From Candidatus Hydrogenedentota bacterium (GTDB taxonomy: Bacteria; Hydrogenedentota; Hydrogenedentia; Hydrogenedentales; SLHB01), in assembly GCA_963674865.2 (NCBI GenBank), contig CAXXYE010000009.1, forward strand, positions 1,344,001-1,408,000: 64,000 nucleotides of DNA, given 5' to 3'. The stretch's first letter is position 1; each line of letters begins with the position of its first letter. Shown one piece after another: positions 7,770 through 16,793 of this stretch. A program made the position numbers and the translations under genes. A model generated the notes under the pieces. The model saw nothing but the letters and a program-made list of their open reading frames with translations, did no database searches and was not told the DNA's origin.

Positions 7770-10643
7770 ATGAGAGTCGGTACGGCGATTACCTCCTTCT
7801 CGACGGGGCACCCCCGCCTGGTAACCGCGGGAATGCTCGCCATCACCCTGCTCCTGGCCTTGTTGGCGGCGCTGCCGTCTCTCTGGCCCGACGCGTTCCC
7901 CATGCTCTCGCCAATCAAGGTGGACACCGATCCGGAGAACATGTTGAGCAAAGAGGAGGTCGTGCGCGTCTTCCATAACAGGATGAAGCGGCTCTTCTCA
8001 TTGAACGACATGGTGGTGCTCGGGGTGGTCAATGAGACGGATGCCAATGGCGTGTTCAACGTTCAGTCGCTCCGGGACATCTATGACCTCACGCAATACG
8101 CTTTGACGTTGAACGGGGCCGCGATTGGCGTCGACGATCCCGAGGCGGGAGTTATCGAGGCGGATGTTATCGCGCCATCGACGGTGGACAACATCGAGCA
8201 GGGCCGTGTGGGCGTCGTCAAGTTCGAGTGGCTTATGCCTAAGCCGCCCGAAACGGACGCGGATGCGCTGGCGGTGCGTGACAAGGCGCTCCGAATCCCA
8301 TTCCTCAAGGACACCATGCTAAGTGAGAATGGCCGGGCGCTGGCGATCTACCTTCCGCTGACGTCGAAGCGCCTGAGCTACAAGGTGTATTCGAAGCTCC
8401 GGGCGCGGATTGGCGAGCTTGAGGGCGATGATCGCTACTTCATCACGGGACTGCCGGTGGCCAACGATGTGTTTGGCGTCGAGATGTTCATACAGATGGC
8501 GATCTCAGCGCCTTTGGCTATGCTCGTGATCTTCGTGCTGATGCTCATCTTCTTCCGGAAACTCATCCTCATTGTCTCTCCGATGATCGTCGCGATGGTC
8601 TCGGTGATCTGCACGATGGGCGGGCTCATCGTCTCCGGCAACACGATCCACATCATGAGCTCGATGATCCCCATCTTCATCATGCCCATTGCCGTTCTGG
8701 ACTCCATCCACATCCTGTCGGAGTTCTTCGAGCGCTACCAGGAGACGAAGAATCGCCGGGAAACCGTCCTTAACGTGATGGAGACGCTTTTCACGCCCAT
8801 GCTCTATACCTCGCTGACCTCCGCGGCGGGTTTCGCTTCGCTGGCGCTTACGCCGATTCCACCCGTCCAGGTGTTCGGCATGTTTGTGGCGGTGGGCGTC
8901 ATGTTGGCGTGGCTGCTTACGGTTACCTTCATCCCTGCCTTCGTCATGTTCATCCCGGAGAAGCGCCTGGCCAACTTCGGTGTGGCGCACACGCCGGAGA
9001 GCGACGCGAACCGGCGTCCGACCCTCGTCGGACGGCTCATGTCCGCTACTGGCCGCTTCACCTATGATCATGCGAAGCTTGTCCTGGCGTGCGCGGCCAT
9101 TACGGGCGTCATCGCCGCCTACGGGATCAGCAGGATTCAGATCAACGACAATCCCACAAAGTGGTTCAAGAAGTCACATCCCATCCGCGTGGCGGACCAC
9201 GTGCTCAATAAGCACTTCGGCGGCACGTACATGGCCTATCTGGCCCTCCGGCCGGTTGGTGAGGAGGCGGCTGCCGAGGAGATGGTTCAACCTGTGCCCG
9301 TTGTCGAGGACGCCCCGGCCGCTTCCGAGCCTGATTTGCCTGCCGGCCTGGGCGGCGCTGACTCGGCGCCGGCGCTTCCGGCAGGACTGGGGGAGACGTC
9401 CGAGCCGGCTCTTCCGGCCGGGCTTGGCGGCCTCGATTTACCGGAGCCGCCCGCCGCGGCGGCGCCCGATGCGTACGCTCCCGCCAAGCCGGAGGTCTTC
9501 AAGAATCCCGAGGTGCTCAGGTACATCAGCGACTTGCAGCAGCATCTGTTGACTACCGGCGTTGTGGGTAAATCGAACTCGCTGACGGATATCGTTAAGA
9601 CGGTTCACCGTGAACTCATTGACGGTTCGCAGGAGCAGTTCCGCATTCCCGACTCCTCCGCTGCCGTCGCTCAATGCCTGCTTCAATACCAGAGCAGCCA
9701 CCGCCCGCGGGATCTATGGCACCTTGTGACGCCGGACTACCGCCAGTCCAGCATTTGGGTGCAGCTAAAGAGCGGCGACAACAAGGATATGACGAAGGTC
9801 GTCGAGGCCCTGGATGCCTATATGGCGGCCCATCCCGCACGCTTCGACGCGGGCGAGGCCGGGGAAACCGTCGAACTCGAGCACGAGTGGTTCGGCCTTA
9901 CGTACATCAACGTCGTTTGGCAGGAGAAGATGGTTAGTGGTATGCTCCAGGCTTTTCTCGGCAGCTTCCTTGTCGTGCTCTTCATGATGATCGTTCTGTT
10001 CCGCTCCGGCCTGTGGGGCATTCTGTCGATGTTGCCGCTTACCATCACCATCGGCCTGATCTATGGCGTCATCGGCCTTATCGGGAAAGACTACGATATG
10101 CCCGTGGCAGTGTTGTCCTCGTTAACGCTCGGCCTCGCCATCGACTTCGCCATTCATTTCCTCGCACGAGCGCGGGCGCTGCACGCTGAGCACGGTTCCT
10201 GGGCCGCTGCGCACGGCCCGGCCTTCGGTGAACCGGCCCGTGCCATCGCGCGGAACGTGATTGTCATCGCCGTGGGTTTCCTGCCGCTCCTCTTCGCGCC
10301 CCTCGTGCCGTACATCACCGTGGGCGTGTTCCTGGCCTCGATTCTGCTGGTTTCCGGCGTGGGTACGCTGCTTATTCTCCCGGCCCTTGTGCGGGTCCTT
10401 GAGCCGCTCCTGTTCCCGAAAACCAGCCTGTGTTGCGTGACCTGCCACTGCGGCACCTGCATCCTGACGGGAGTGGTTGCGGTGCTGCTTGTGGCGGTGA
10501 ATGTACATCAATTCTTCGCCGTCGGATGGACAAATCTGACGTGGTTTAGCCTAGGCGTGCTCCCAGCCTTGGCGGGGATATGTGCGCTGATGTCGCACCG
10601 AGAGAAGTGCCGTGCGCGGACGCGGGAAGACGCAAATCCGTAG
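7770..10643 (+). CDS. MMPL/RND-superfamily inner-membrane transporter
   Basis: Two-repeat 1+5 TM topology with large periplasmic loops; AVLDSIHIL and GLAIDFAIHFL proton-relay motifs; TSLTSAAGFASL. Extra Pro-rich insert and Cys-rich C-terminal extension. Confidence 0.92.
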   Translation: MRVGTAITSFSTGHPRLVTAGMLAITLLLALLAALPSLWPDAFPMLSPIKVDTDPENMLSKEEVVRVFHNRMKRLFSLNDMVVLGVVNETDANGVFNVQSLRDIYDLTQYALTLNGAAIGVDDPEAGVIEADVIAPSTVDNIEQGRVGVVKFEWLMPKPPETDADALAVRDKALRIPFLKDTMLSENGRALAIYLPLTSKRLSYKVYSKLRARIGELEGDDRYFITGLPVANDVFGVEMFIQMAISAPLAMLVIFVLMLIFFRKLILIVSPMIVAMVSVICTMGGLIVSGNTIHIMSSMIPIFIMPIAVLDSIHILSEFFERYQETKNRRETVLNVMETLFTPMLYTSLTSAAGFASLALTPIPPVQVFGMFVAVGVMLAWLLTVTFIPAFVMFIPEKRLANFGVAHTPESDANRRPTLVGRLMSATGRFTYDHAKLVLACAAITGVIAAYGISRIQINDNPTKWFKKSHPIRVADHVLNKHFGGTYMAYLALRPVGEEAAAEEMVQPVPVVEDAPAASEPDLPAGLGGADSAPALPAGLGETSEPALPAGLGGLDLPEPPAAAAPDAYAPAKPEVFKNPEVLRYISDLQQHLLTTGVVGKSNSLTDIVKTVHRELIDGSQEQFRIPDSSAAVAQCLLQYQSSHRPRDLWHLVTPDYRQSSIWVQLKSGDNKDMTKVVEALDAYMAAHPARFDAGEAGETVELEHEWFGLTYINVVWQEKMVSGMLQAFLGSFLVVLFMMIVLFRSGLWGILSMLPLTITIGLIYGVIGLIGKDYDMPVAVLSSLTLGLAIDFAIHFLARARALHAEHGSWAAAHGPAFGEPARAIARNVIVIAVGFLPLLFAPLVPYITVGVFLASILLVSGVGTLLILPALVRVLEPLLFPKTSLCCVTCHCGTCILTGVVAVLLVAVNVHQFFAVGWTNLTWFSLGVLPALAGICALMSHREKCRARTREDANP
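9327..9431 (+). repeat. Three P(A/D)LPAGLG peptide repeats in the second periplasmic loop of the RND
   Basis: EPDLPAGLGG / APALPAGLG / EPALPAGLGG. Confidence 0.9.
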
Positions 10644-10678
10644 TGCCCGCGCCGGTTGCTGAAGCAAGGAGAGAAGCT

Positions 10679-11479
10679 ATGAAACTGCGAGTCGGTATGG
10701 CGATGACTGCCGCGGCGATGCTGGTTTGGCTGGCGGGATCCGCGCAGGCGCAGGCGACGCCGTCGGTTGATGAAATCGTGAAGAAAACCAACCACATGGC
10801 CTACTACCAGGGCAAGGATGGTGTGGCCCGTGTGAAGATGACGATTACCGATAAGCAAGGCCGGGCGCGAACCAAGGCCTTCACGATCCTGCGTATGAAC
10901 AAGGATGAGCAGGACAGAGAGCAGAACTTCTATGTCTATTTCCACGAGCCGGCCGACGAGCGAGGTACGACGTTCATGGTGCATAAACACGTCGGCGCGG
11001 ATGACGACCGCTGGCTCTACCTGCCCGCTCTCGATCTCGTGAAGCAGATCGCCGCCAGCGATGAGCGCACCAGCTTCGTCGGTTCGCACTTTTTCTACGA
11101 GGATGTATCAGGGCGCGGAACCGATGAAGATAAGCACGAGCTGGCCGAGACGACCGACACGTACTATGTCCTCAAGAACACGCCCAAAAAGCCCGACCTC
11201 GTCGAGTTCGACTACTACACCATGTGGATTCACAAGGCGACGTTTATCCCTGTCAAGATCGCCTACACGAAGGGCGGCGAGGAATACCGCGTGGTGCAGG
11301 TGTTGGGCGTGAAAGATATTCAAGGCTACAAGACTGTCGTCAAGTCGCAGATCGAGGACACGAAGATTGGCGGCAAGACCGTTCTGGACTATGAGACGGT
11401 GAAATACGACCTCGGCCTGCCGGCCGAGATCTTCACGGAGCGCTATCTGAGGAAGCCGCCGCGGGAGTATCTCGAGTAG
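10679..11479 (+). CDS. Periplasmic outer-membrane-lipoprotein-sorting (LolA-like) protein
   Basis: Signal peptide ending AQA; F..PADERGTTF, DDRWLYLPAL..VKQIA....TSFVGSHFFYED, and terminal FTERYL. Confidence 0.88.
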   Translation: MKLRVGMAMTAAAMLVWLAGSAQAQATPSVDEIVKKTNHMAYYQGKDGVARVKMTITDKQGRARTKAFTILRMNKDEQDREQNFYVYFHEPADERGTTFMVHKHVGADDDRWLYLPALDLVKQIAASDERTSFVGSHFFYEDVSGRGTDEDKHELAETTDTYYVLKNTPKKPDLVEFDYYTMWIHKATFIPVKIAYTKGGEEYRVVQVLGVKDIQGYKTVVKSQIEDTKIGGKTVLDYETVKYDLGLPAEIFTERYLRKPPREYLE

Positions 11480-11524
11480 TCCGCGCGCGATGCCTGCCGC
11501 AAGTCGGCCAACCGGGGATACTGT

Positions 11525-12982
11525 ATGGTAAGACGACGTATCATTACGCTTGTTCTGCTGGGGATGTTTCTTTCCGGCCTTGCCGCCGGCGAAGACGGGC
11601 CCGCCCTGCCGCCTGGACTGGGTGAGGAAACCGTTGAGCCGGCGCTTCCGGCCGGACTCGGGGAGGCAAATCCCGCTTTGCCGCCGGGACTGGGTGGTGA
11701 AGCCCCGGGCGAAGGCCCCGCCCTGCCGCCGGGACTCGGTGAAACTGAACATGCGGCGTCTCTTGAGGGCGAGAGCAAAGGCAAGCGGCTAACGGAGTGG
11801 CTGCCGTTCCCGCTCCACGGATTCTGGGAAGTCCGCGCGGGACTCCGGACGCAGGCAGATCCTGCTCAGCCCAGCGATGCTACCATCGGCGAGACTCGTC
11901 TTCAGCTCGAGACAGAAACGTCGTTGAAAGGCGCCGTCATCGACTTCACCGGGGATCTCTACGGGGATGCCATCGTGGACGGCCTGGACTTCGATCTGAG
12001 AAGACTTCGCCTGACATGGACGCCCGTTGACGCAGTGGACATCCGCGCGGGGCGGCAAGTACTCACCTGGGGAACGGGCGACATGCTCTTCATCAACGAC
12101 TTGTTCCCGAAAGATTGGCAGTCCTTCTTCATCGGACGTGACGTTGAATACCTGAAGGCCCCGTCGGATTCCATCAAGATCGGCGTTTTTTCCGACGTTT
12201 TCAACGTGGATTTCGTCTATACGCCCCAGTTTGCGCCGGATCGCTACATCACCGGCGAACGCATCAGCTACTGGAGCCCCTTGCTTGGCCGCCGTGCCGG
12301 TGAAGACAACCAGGCGCGTACCAACCCGCCAAGTGATTGGTTCGAGGATGACGAGTTCGCCTGGCGCATTTACCGCACTCAAGGCGCCTACCAGTTCACG
12401 CTGTACGGCTATTCCGGATACTGGAAGAGTCCGGCCGGTATGCGGCTCGTCACCAACCAGGCCACTTTCCCGAAACTCAACGTGTACGGGGCAAGTGTAC
12501 GAGGCACCGTGGGGAAAGGCATCGGCAACATCGAAGTCGGCTATTACGACTCGCGCCAGGATCGTGACGGCGACGACCCGTTCATCAACAACAGCGAGTT
12601 CCGCCTGCTCATCGGTTATGAGCAGGAACTGGCCAAGGAATTCACGGGCGGCTTCCAGTACTATCTCGAGCACATGATGGACTACAGCGCTTACAAGAAC
12701 ACCCGTCTGTTCTTGATGCCCCAACGTGATCGCGATCGCCACGTCTTCACGGCTCGGCTCACCAAGCTGCTCATGAACCAGAACCTGACGCTCTCTCTCT
12801 TCACGTACTACAGCCCCTCCGACGGCGATGCCTATCTTCGGCCCAAGGCGTCGTACAAGGCGTCCGATCGATGGACGCTCGAGGCCGGTGGCAATGTCTT
12901 CCTCGGCGAGGCCGACACAACTTTCTTCGGGCAGTTCGAGGACAACACGAACGTTTACGCGGGGGCGAGGTATTCGTTCTGA
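11525..12982 (+). CDS. Outer-membrane beta-barrel protein (DUF1302-like) with N-terminal PALPxGLG repeats
   Basis: Signal peptide, GRQVLTWGTGD motif, amphipathic strands, C-terminal Bam signal (ARYSF); sits after the RND and LolA-like genes. Confidence 0.8.
   Translation: MVRRRIITLVLLGMFLSGLAAGEDGPALPPGLGEETVEPALPAGLGEANPALPPGLGGEAPGEGPALPPGLGETEHAASLEGESKGKRLTEWLPFPLHGFWEVRAGLRTQADPAQPSDATIGETRLQLETETSLKGAVIDFTGDLYGDAIVDGLDFDLRRLRLTWTPVDAVDIRAGRQVLTWGTGDMLFINDLFPKDWQSFFIGRDVEYLKAPSDSIKIGVFSDVFNVDFVYTPQFAPDRYITGERISYWSPLLGRRAGEDNQARTNPPSDWFEDDEFAWRIYRTQGAYQFTLYGYSGYWKSPAGMRLVTNQATFPKLNVYGASVRGTVGKGIGNIEVGYYDSRQDRDGDDPFINNSEFRLLIGYEQELAKEFTGGFQYYLEHMMDYSAYKNTRLFLMPQRDRDRHVFTARLTKLLMNQNLTLSLFTYYSPSDGDAYLRPKASYKASDRWTLEAGGNVFLGEADTTFFGQFEDNTNVYAGARYSF
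11600..11740 (+). repeat. Four PALP(P/A)GLG peptide repeats after the barrel signal peptide
   Basis: GPALPPGLG / EPALPAGLG / NPALPPGLG / GPALPPGLG. Confidence 0.9.
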
Positions 12983-13020
12983 GGGAGCTGCGCTTCCGGT
13001 TTATCCAGCCAGGGCCGCTT

Positions 13021-14049
13021 CTACGCCGGAGCAGACGGTTGAGCTCTGTGTCGATGCAGCGCCCCAGTCTCGCGGCGGTGGCTCAGAAAGTACTTCGTCA
13101 CGGCAAGGACGTACGCCAAGGCCATGGCCAGTTGCGCGAGGAAGGTGGGGAGTATCGTGGACTGCGAGAAGACAGTCATCTCCATCAGAGCATCCGGCAT
13201 CGCCGGGCCGGCAATCACGGCTTTCTGGCTGTCGCGTAGGCCCGTGCCGAATAGGGTAAGTGAGATCGAAATGCCGAGTACCACGATGATACCGATAGTC
13301 CCGAGCCAGGCGGTAAGCCGGCGTTTGTAGTTGCCGTAGGCCAATACGAGGAGTATCGCCATGGTGAGCATAAAGAGGAGCAGCCCCCTGCTTCCTCCCA
13401 CCATGGCGCCGAAGAGTGGGAAGGCGCCGAGCTCCTGCGCCAGCGCAAGGCACATGTAGGAGGCGTAGACGGTGCCGATACTCACGCCCAGGATGGGGGC
13501 GGGGCAGCGCTCCGTCCAAGGGGCCCTCGGGCCCTTCGCCTCACAAGTCGCCTTGACGTGCGGGCTTTGGTAGAAGAGCACCATGGCACACGGCAATACG
13601 ACATGGGGGAAGATCGTCATGCCGAACAAGCCGATCATGGCAAGTTGGCGGAAACCCGGAGGCAAACCCATCGCCATGAGCATCGTCAGGAGTTTTCCGG
13701 AACAAAGGAGCATGGCCACAAAAGATACAGCACCTGTTGCCAGCTCTATCCACGAGACAACAAGGATGACTGCTCTGGCCCAACGCCGGTAGAGAATCGA
13801 TCCGATGCCGGCCCATATGCGATACGCCGCCATCGTTAAGCCGAGCGCGGCGGCAATCAGCGGCCAACGCAGGCCCGGCATGTCAACGGCCGTTGAACCC
13901 GATTCTGTCTGGGAAGATCTAAACGCCGCGTAAACCACGATCAGTGCGCCAAGCATCCCGAGCATCACCTGCAGGAAGCCAAACACGACAAGGCCTACGG
14001 TTCGATCCTTGGAAGTTCTCGATATCCCCGCGCGCCTCACATTCTTCAT
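13021..14049 (-). CDS. Hypothetical polytopic membrane protein
   Basis: About 8 hydrophobic segments; central loop VKATCE...WTERCP. Start uncertain (14049 or further upstream). Confidence 0.7.
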   Translation of the reverse strand: MKNVRRAGISRTSKDRTVGLVVFGFLQVMLGMLGALIVVYAAFRSSQTESGSTAVDMPGLRWPLIAAALGLTMAAYRIWAGIGSILYRRWARAVILVVSWIELATGAVSFVAMLLCSGKLLTMLMAMGLPPGFRQLAMIGLFGMTIFPHVVLPCAMVLFYQSPHVKATCEAKGPRAPWTERCPAPILGVSIGTVYASYMCLALAQELGAFPLFGAMVGGSRGLLLFMLTMAILLVLAYGNYKRRLTAWLGTIGIIVVLGISISLTLFGTGLRDSQKAVIAGPAMPDALMEMTVFSQSTILPTFLAQLAMALAYVLAVTKYFLSHRRETGALHRHRAQPSAPA

Positions 14050-14284
14050 TGCCCCCGGCTCCATCTGATGTCCAACGGCCCCAGCGATACTTGGAGCAGT
14101 CCCTGTACTGTGGGCCAATCTACACCATCAACACGGACTAGTCCAACATGAAACGCAGGAAACGCCGAAGATTCAGCTTAACCGAGAGGTACAGGCCGGA
14201 GTGAAACCTAGTCCTTGCTCTCGATGGGCTTGTATGCGGTGGCCGGCGCAGGGCGCGCCTGGACGCGGCGAGGGAGAAGCCTCT

Positions 14285-14569
14285 TCAGGCTTCCTCGAAG
14301 CCGATGCTGAACATGCGTTCGAGATCGTGATTGCTATACGCCCGAAACGCGAGAAGTGTGGTGGTTTTGGTGATGGTTTCGATCTTCAGCATGTGGCTCG
14401 TGACGATATCCGCCATTTCATCGTTCGTCTTGACGCGAACGATGGCGGCCAAGTCCCAGTCACCCGCCACGGAGTAAACCTCTGCCACGCCCTTGAGCTC
14501 CAAGAGCGCTTGGGCTGTTTCGTTGATCGCGTCCCGGCGAACGTTCATCAGGATGATGCCCGTTACCAT
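14285..14569 (-). CDS. Lrp/AsnC ligand-binding (RAM) domain protein without HTH
   Basis: GVAEVYSVAGDWDLAAIVR motif; 94 aa. Confidence 0.85.
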   Translation of the reverse strand: MVTGIILMNVRRDAINETAQALLELKGVAEVYSVAGDWDLAAIVRVKTNDEMADIVTSHMLKIETITKTTTLLAFRAYSNHDLERMFSIGFEEA

Positions 14570-14596
14570 GTCCCACCCCTTTCTTTCCTTGGCCGG

Positions 14597-15388
14597 TTAG
14601 CCTTCGCCTTCGAGGTACGCGCGCAAGGTGGTTACATTGTGCAGTCCTACCTCCTCCGCGGGGCCGCAGTGGTTTTCGATAGTGACGTGTTCGACAATTC
14701 CGTCGCGCTGCAAGGCGGCCATCTGCCCACGCCAATCGCAGACGCCCTCGCCGATGGGCCGCCACTCCGTCGTGCCGTTCGGCAAGATGGCGACGTCCTT
14801 GGCGTGTACGTTGAAGATGTGCGGTTTCACAAGCTCGTATCCGTCCGGGAATCCCGCCGCCGCGCCCTCTTTGAGGTTTCCGAGATCCCAGTTGGCGCCT
14901 AAGCTCGGGTGATCGATGCGCTTCAGGAGGCTGGCAATCCGCTCCGGCGTATTCAACTTGATATGCGTCTCGTTCTCGACGGCCGCCGTCAGCCGGCGCT
15001 CTTCCAGGCGATCGGCGAGGCGGCGAAGAAGCTCGATAGCGCCGTCGTCATCGCCGGTATCCAACTCGAAGCCGAAGCAGATGAGCAGGGGGACCTCGCA
15101 GCCTTCCATGAAGTCCATGGCGATGTCGAGGCCCTCGCCGAGGGCGTAGGCGATATGGGCCTCATCGGCCAAGTGGCACTTGAAGAAGCCGGGGGATACG
15201 GCGGTGTACCGGATTTCGTATTCCTCCCGAAGCGCGGCCAGGTGATCGAGCGTATCGTCCGTGTGCCTCGGAAAACGCACGCCTCGTGCGTTTCGGATCT
15301 CGAAATCGTGGATGCCCCACGCCAAGGCCATCTCGATGGCCTCGCGCGGCTCCTGGCTCAACTCATCCGTGACGATACCGAATCGCAT
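14597..15388 (-). CDS. Sugar phosphate isomerase/epimerase (xylose isomerase-like TIM barrel)
   Basis: ITDE, AVENE, NWDLGN, HAKD, TIENH metal ligands. Confidence 0.85.
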   Translation of the reverse strand: MRFGIVTDELSQEPREAIEMALAWGIHDFEIRNARGVRFPRHTDDTLDHLAALREEYEIRYTAVSPGFFKCHLADEAHIAYALGEGLDIAMDFMEGCEVPLLICFGFELDTGDDDGAIELLRRLADRLEERRLTAAVENETHIKLNTPERIASLLKRIDHPSLGANWDLGNLKEGAAAGFPDGYELVKPHIFNVHAKDVAILPNGTTEWRPIGEGVCDWRGQMAALQRDGIVEHVTIENHCGPAEEVGLHNVTTLRAYLEGEG

Positions 15389-15424
15389 GTGTGTTCCTTT
15401 CCTAACAAGTAGCCGAGAGCCGGT

Positions 15425-16486
15425 TTAGAATTTCCCATCCCGCGTCTCGTAATGCGTCGGCTTGCCCAAGGTGCTGCCTTCCGCCTTGAGCCACTGCGCC
15501 ACCCATTCGACGAGCGTGTCCACGCTTACTGAGGGATAGCCGAAGAGTCTGTGGCAGTGGGTCGCATTGCTCAGGAGCGCCGTGGGCGCCTCCTCACCGG
15601 TGAAGCGCGGCTTCTTGCCGAGGAGCTCCCCGAGGCGTGTTGCCATCCACCGGATGGACACCTGCTCGGGCCCGGTTACGTTAAGTATGCGCGGTGGGGA
15701 ATCGGCCAACGCCAGGCTCTGCAGGGCCACGGCGTTGGCGTAGCCTTGCCAGATGACGTTGACGCAGCCGGTGGCAAGATTGATAGGGGTGCCGTTCCAC
15801 ACCTGGGTGGCCACGTCCAGCACGATCCCGTAGCGCAGTTCCGCGGCGTAGTTCAGGCGGTAGTGGAGCACTTTGGCGCCTGCATTGTGCGAGTAGTAGT
15901 CGAACATCCGTTCACGGCCCAGGCACGACATGGCGTACTCCCCCACGGGATTGGGGATGGTCGCCTCGGTGGCGCCGCCCGAACCGGTGCCGACGAAGGG
16001 ATAGATATTGCCCGATGAGAAGGCGACGATTCTCGAATTGCGGTAGCGGCCGGCGGCGAGTCCCGCCAGTAGAACGTTGACGGCCCAGGTATTCCATTCC
16101 GCCCCGGTCGAGCCGAACTTCTGCCCGAGCATATAGATGACGTTCTCCGCGTCCGGCAGCTTGTCAAAGGCCCCGGGGGCGAGCAAATCGGTCTTGATCG
16201 TCTGGAGGCCAAGCGACTTGAGATGCTGTTGGACGCCCTTCTCGAATACGGCGGAAACAGCGGTGACAGTAGATTTCGAGCCCGCCTCCGCCACGGCGCG
16301 CCCGGCCATCTGAGCCAGTGTCGGCCCCACCTTGCCGCCCGCGCCGAGGATGAGCAGATTGCCTTTGAGCTTGCCCATGCTCTCGATGACGCCCGGCGTG
16401 GGCTCGGAGAGCAGGCTTTCCAGTTCCTTCACGTTCTTGAGCGATTTGGGCAAGACACTTCCTGAGACACGTTTCTTTGGGGGCAT
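15425..16486 (-). CDS. NAD-dependent epimerase/dehydratase (extended SDR)
   Basis: ILGAGGKVGPTL Rossmann motif; FSSGNIY, GEYAMSCLGRER, RLNYA..LRYG. Confidence 0.87.
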   Translation of the reverse strand: MPPKKRVSGSVLPKSLKNVKELESLLSEPTPGVIESMGKLKGNLLILGAGGKVGPTLAQMAGRAVAEAGSKSTVTAVSAVFEKGVQQHLKSLGLQTIKTDLLAPGAFDKLPDAENVIYMLGQKFGSTGAEWNTWAVNVLLAGLAAGRYRNSRIVAFSSGNIYPFVGTGSGGATEATIPNPVGEYAMSCLGRERMFDYYSHNAGAKVLHYRLNYAAELRYGIVLDVATQVWNGTPINLATGCVNVIWQGYANAVALQSLALADSPPRILNVTGPEQVSIRWMATRLGELLGKKPRFTGEEAPTALLSNATHCHRLFGYPSVSVDTLVEWVAQWLKAEGSTLGKPTHYETRDGKF

Positions 16487-16541
16487 ACCTTTATTCCTTT
16501 CGCCTTTGCAGCAATGCATTCTGCCATAGACTTGCGGAGGT

Positions 16542-16570
16542 TTGCCAGACTACGGCGCAGGCGTTACAAT
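16542..16570 (+). promoter_or_regulatory. Putative sigma70 promoter for the isomerase operon
   Basis: TTGCCA-N17-TACAAT. Confidence 0.5.
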
Positions 16571-16793
16571 GACCCCCAGCGGCCGGGTTGCCAAGGGTGC
16601 CGCGCCCGAAGTTGTTTGAGGACAGTACCTTCGCGATAGGGCCGCTTCTCCATTGGGCAAAGCCCCGTTTTGTGGGAAGTGCCGTCGTTGAGCTGTTGGC
16701 GCGCGGCGTGTGCGGATTGGCTGGCGAACGGGGCATAGCCTCTGGGCGTTGGGCGCAGGGGAAACGTTCCTTAGGACAAGAGGAGCATGAATC

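Noticed and set aside
10434..10448. CxxCH (CVTCH) as a c-type cytochrome site in the RND
   Set aside because: Predicted cytoplasmic or juxtamembrane position and embedded in a larger Cys cluster; kept only as a Cys-cluster finding.
16571..16793. Riboswitch in the long leader of isomerase paralog 1
   Set aside because: No recognisable aptamer consensus or terminator; may just hold divergent promoter elements.
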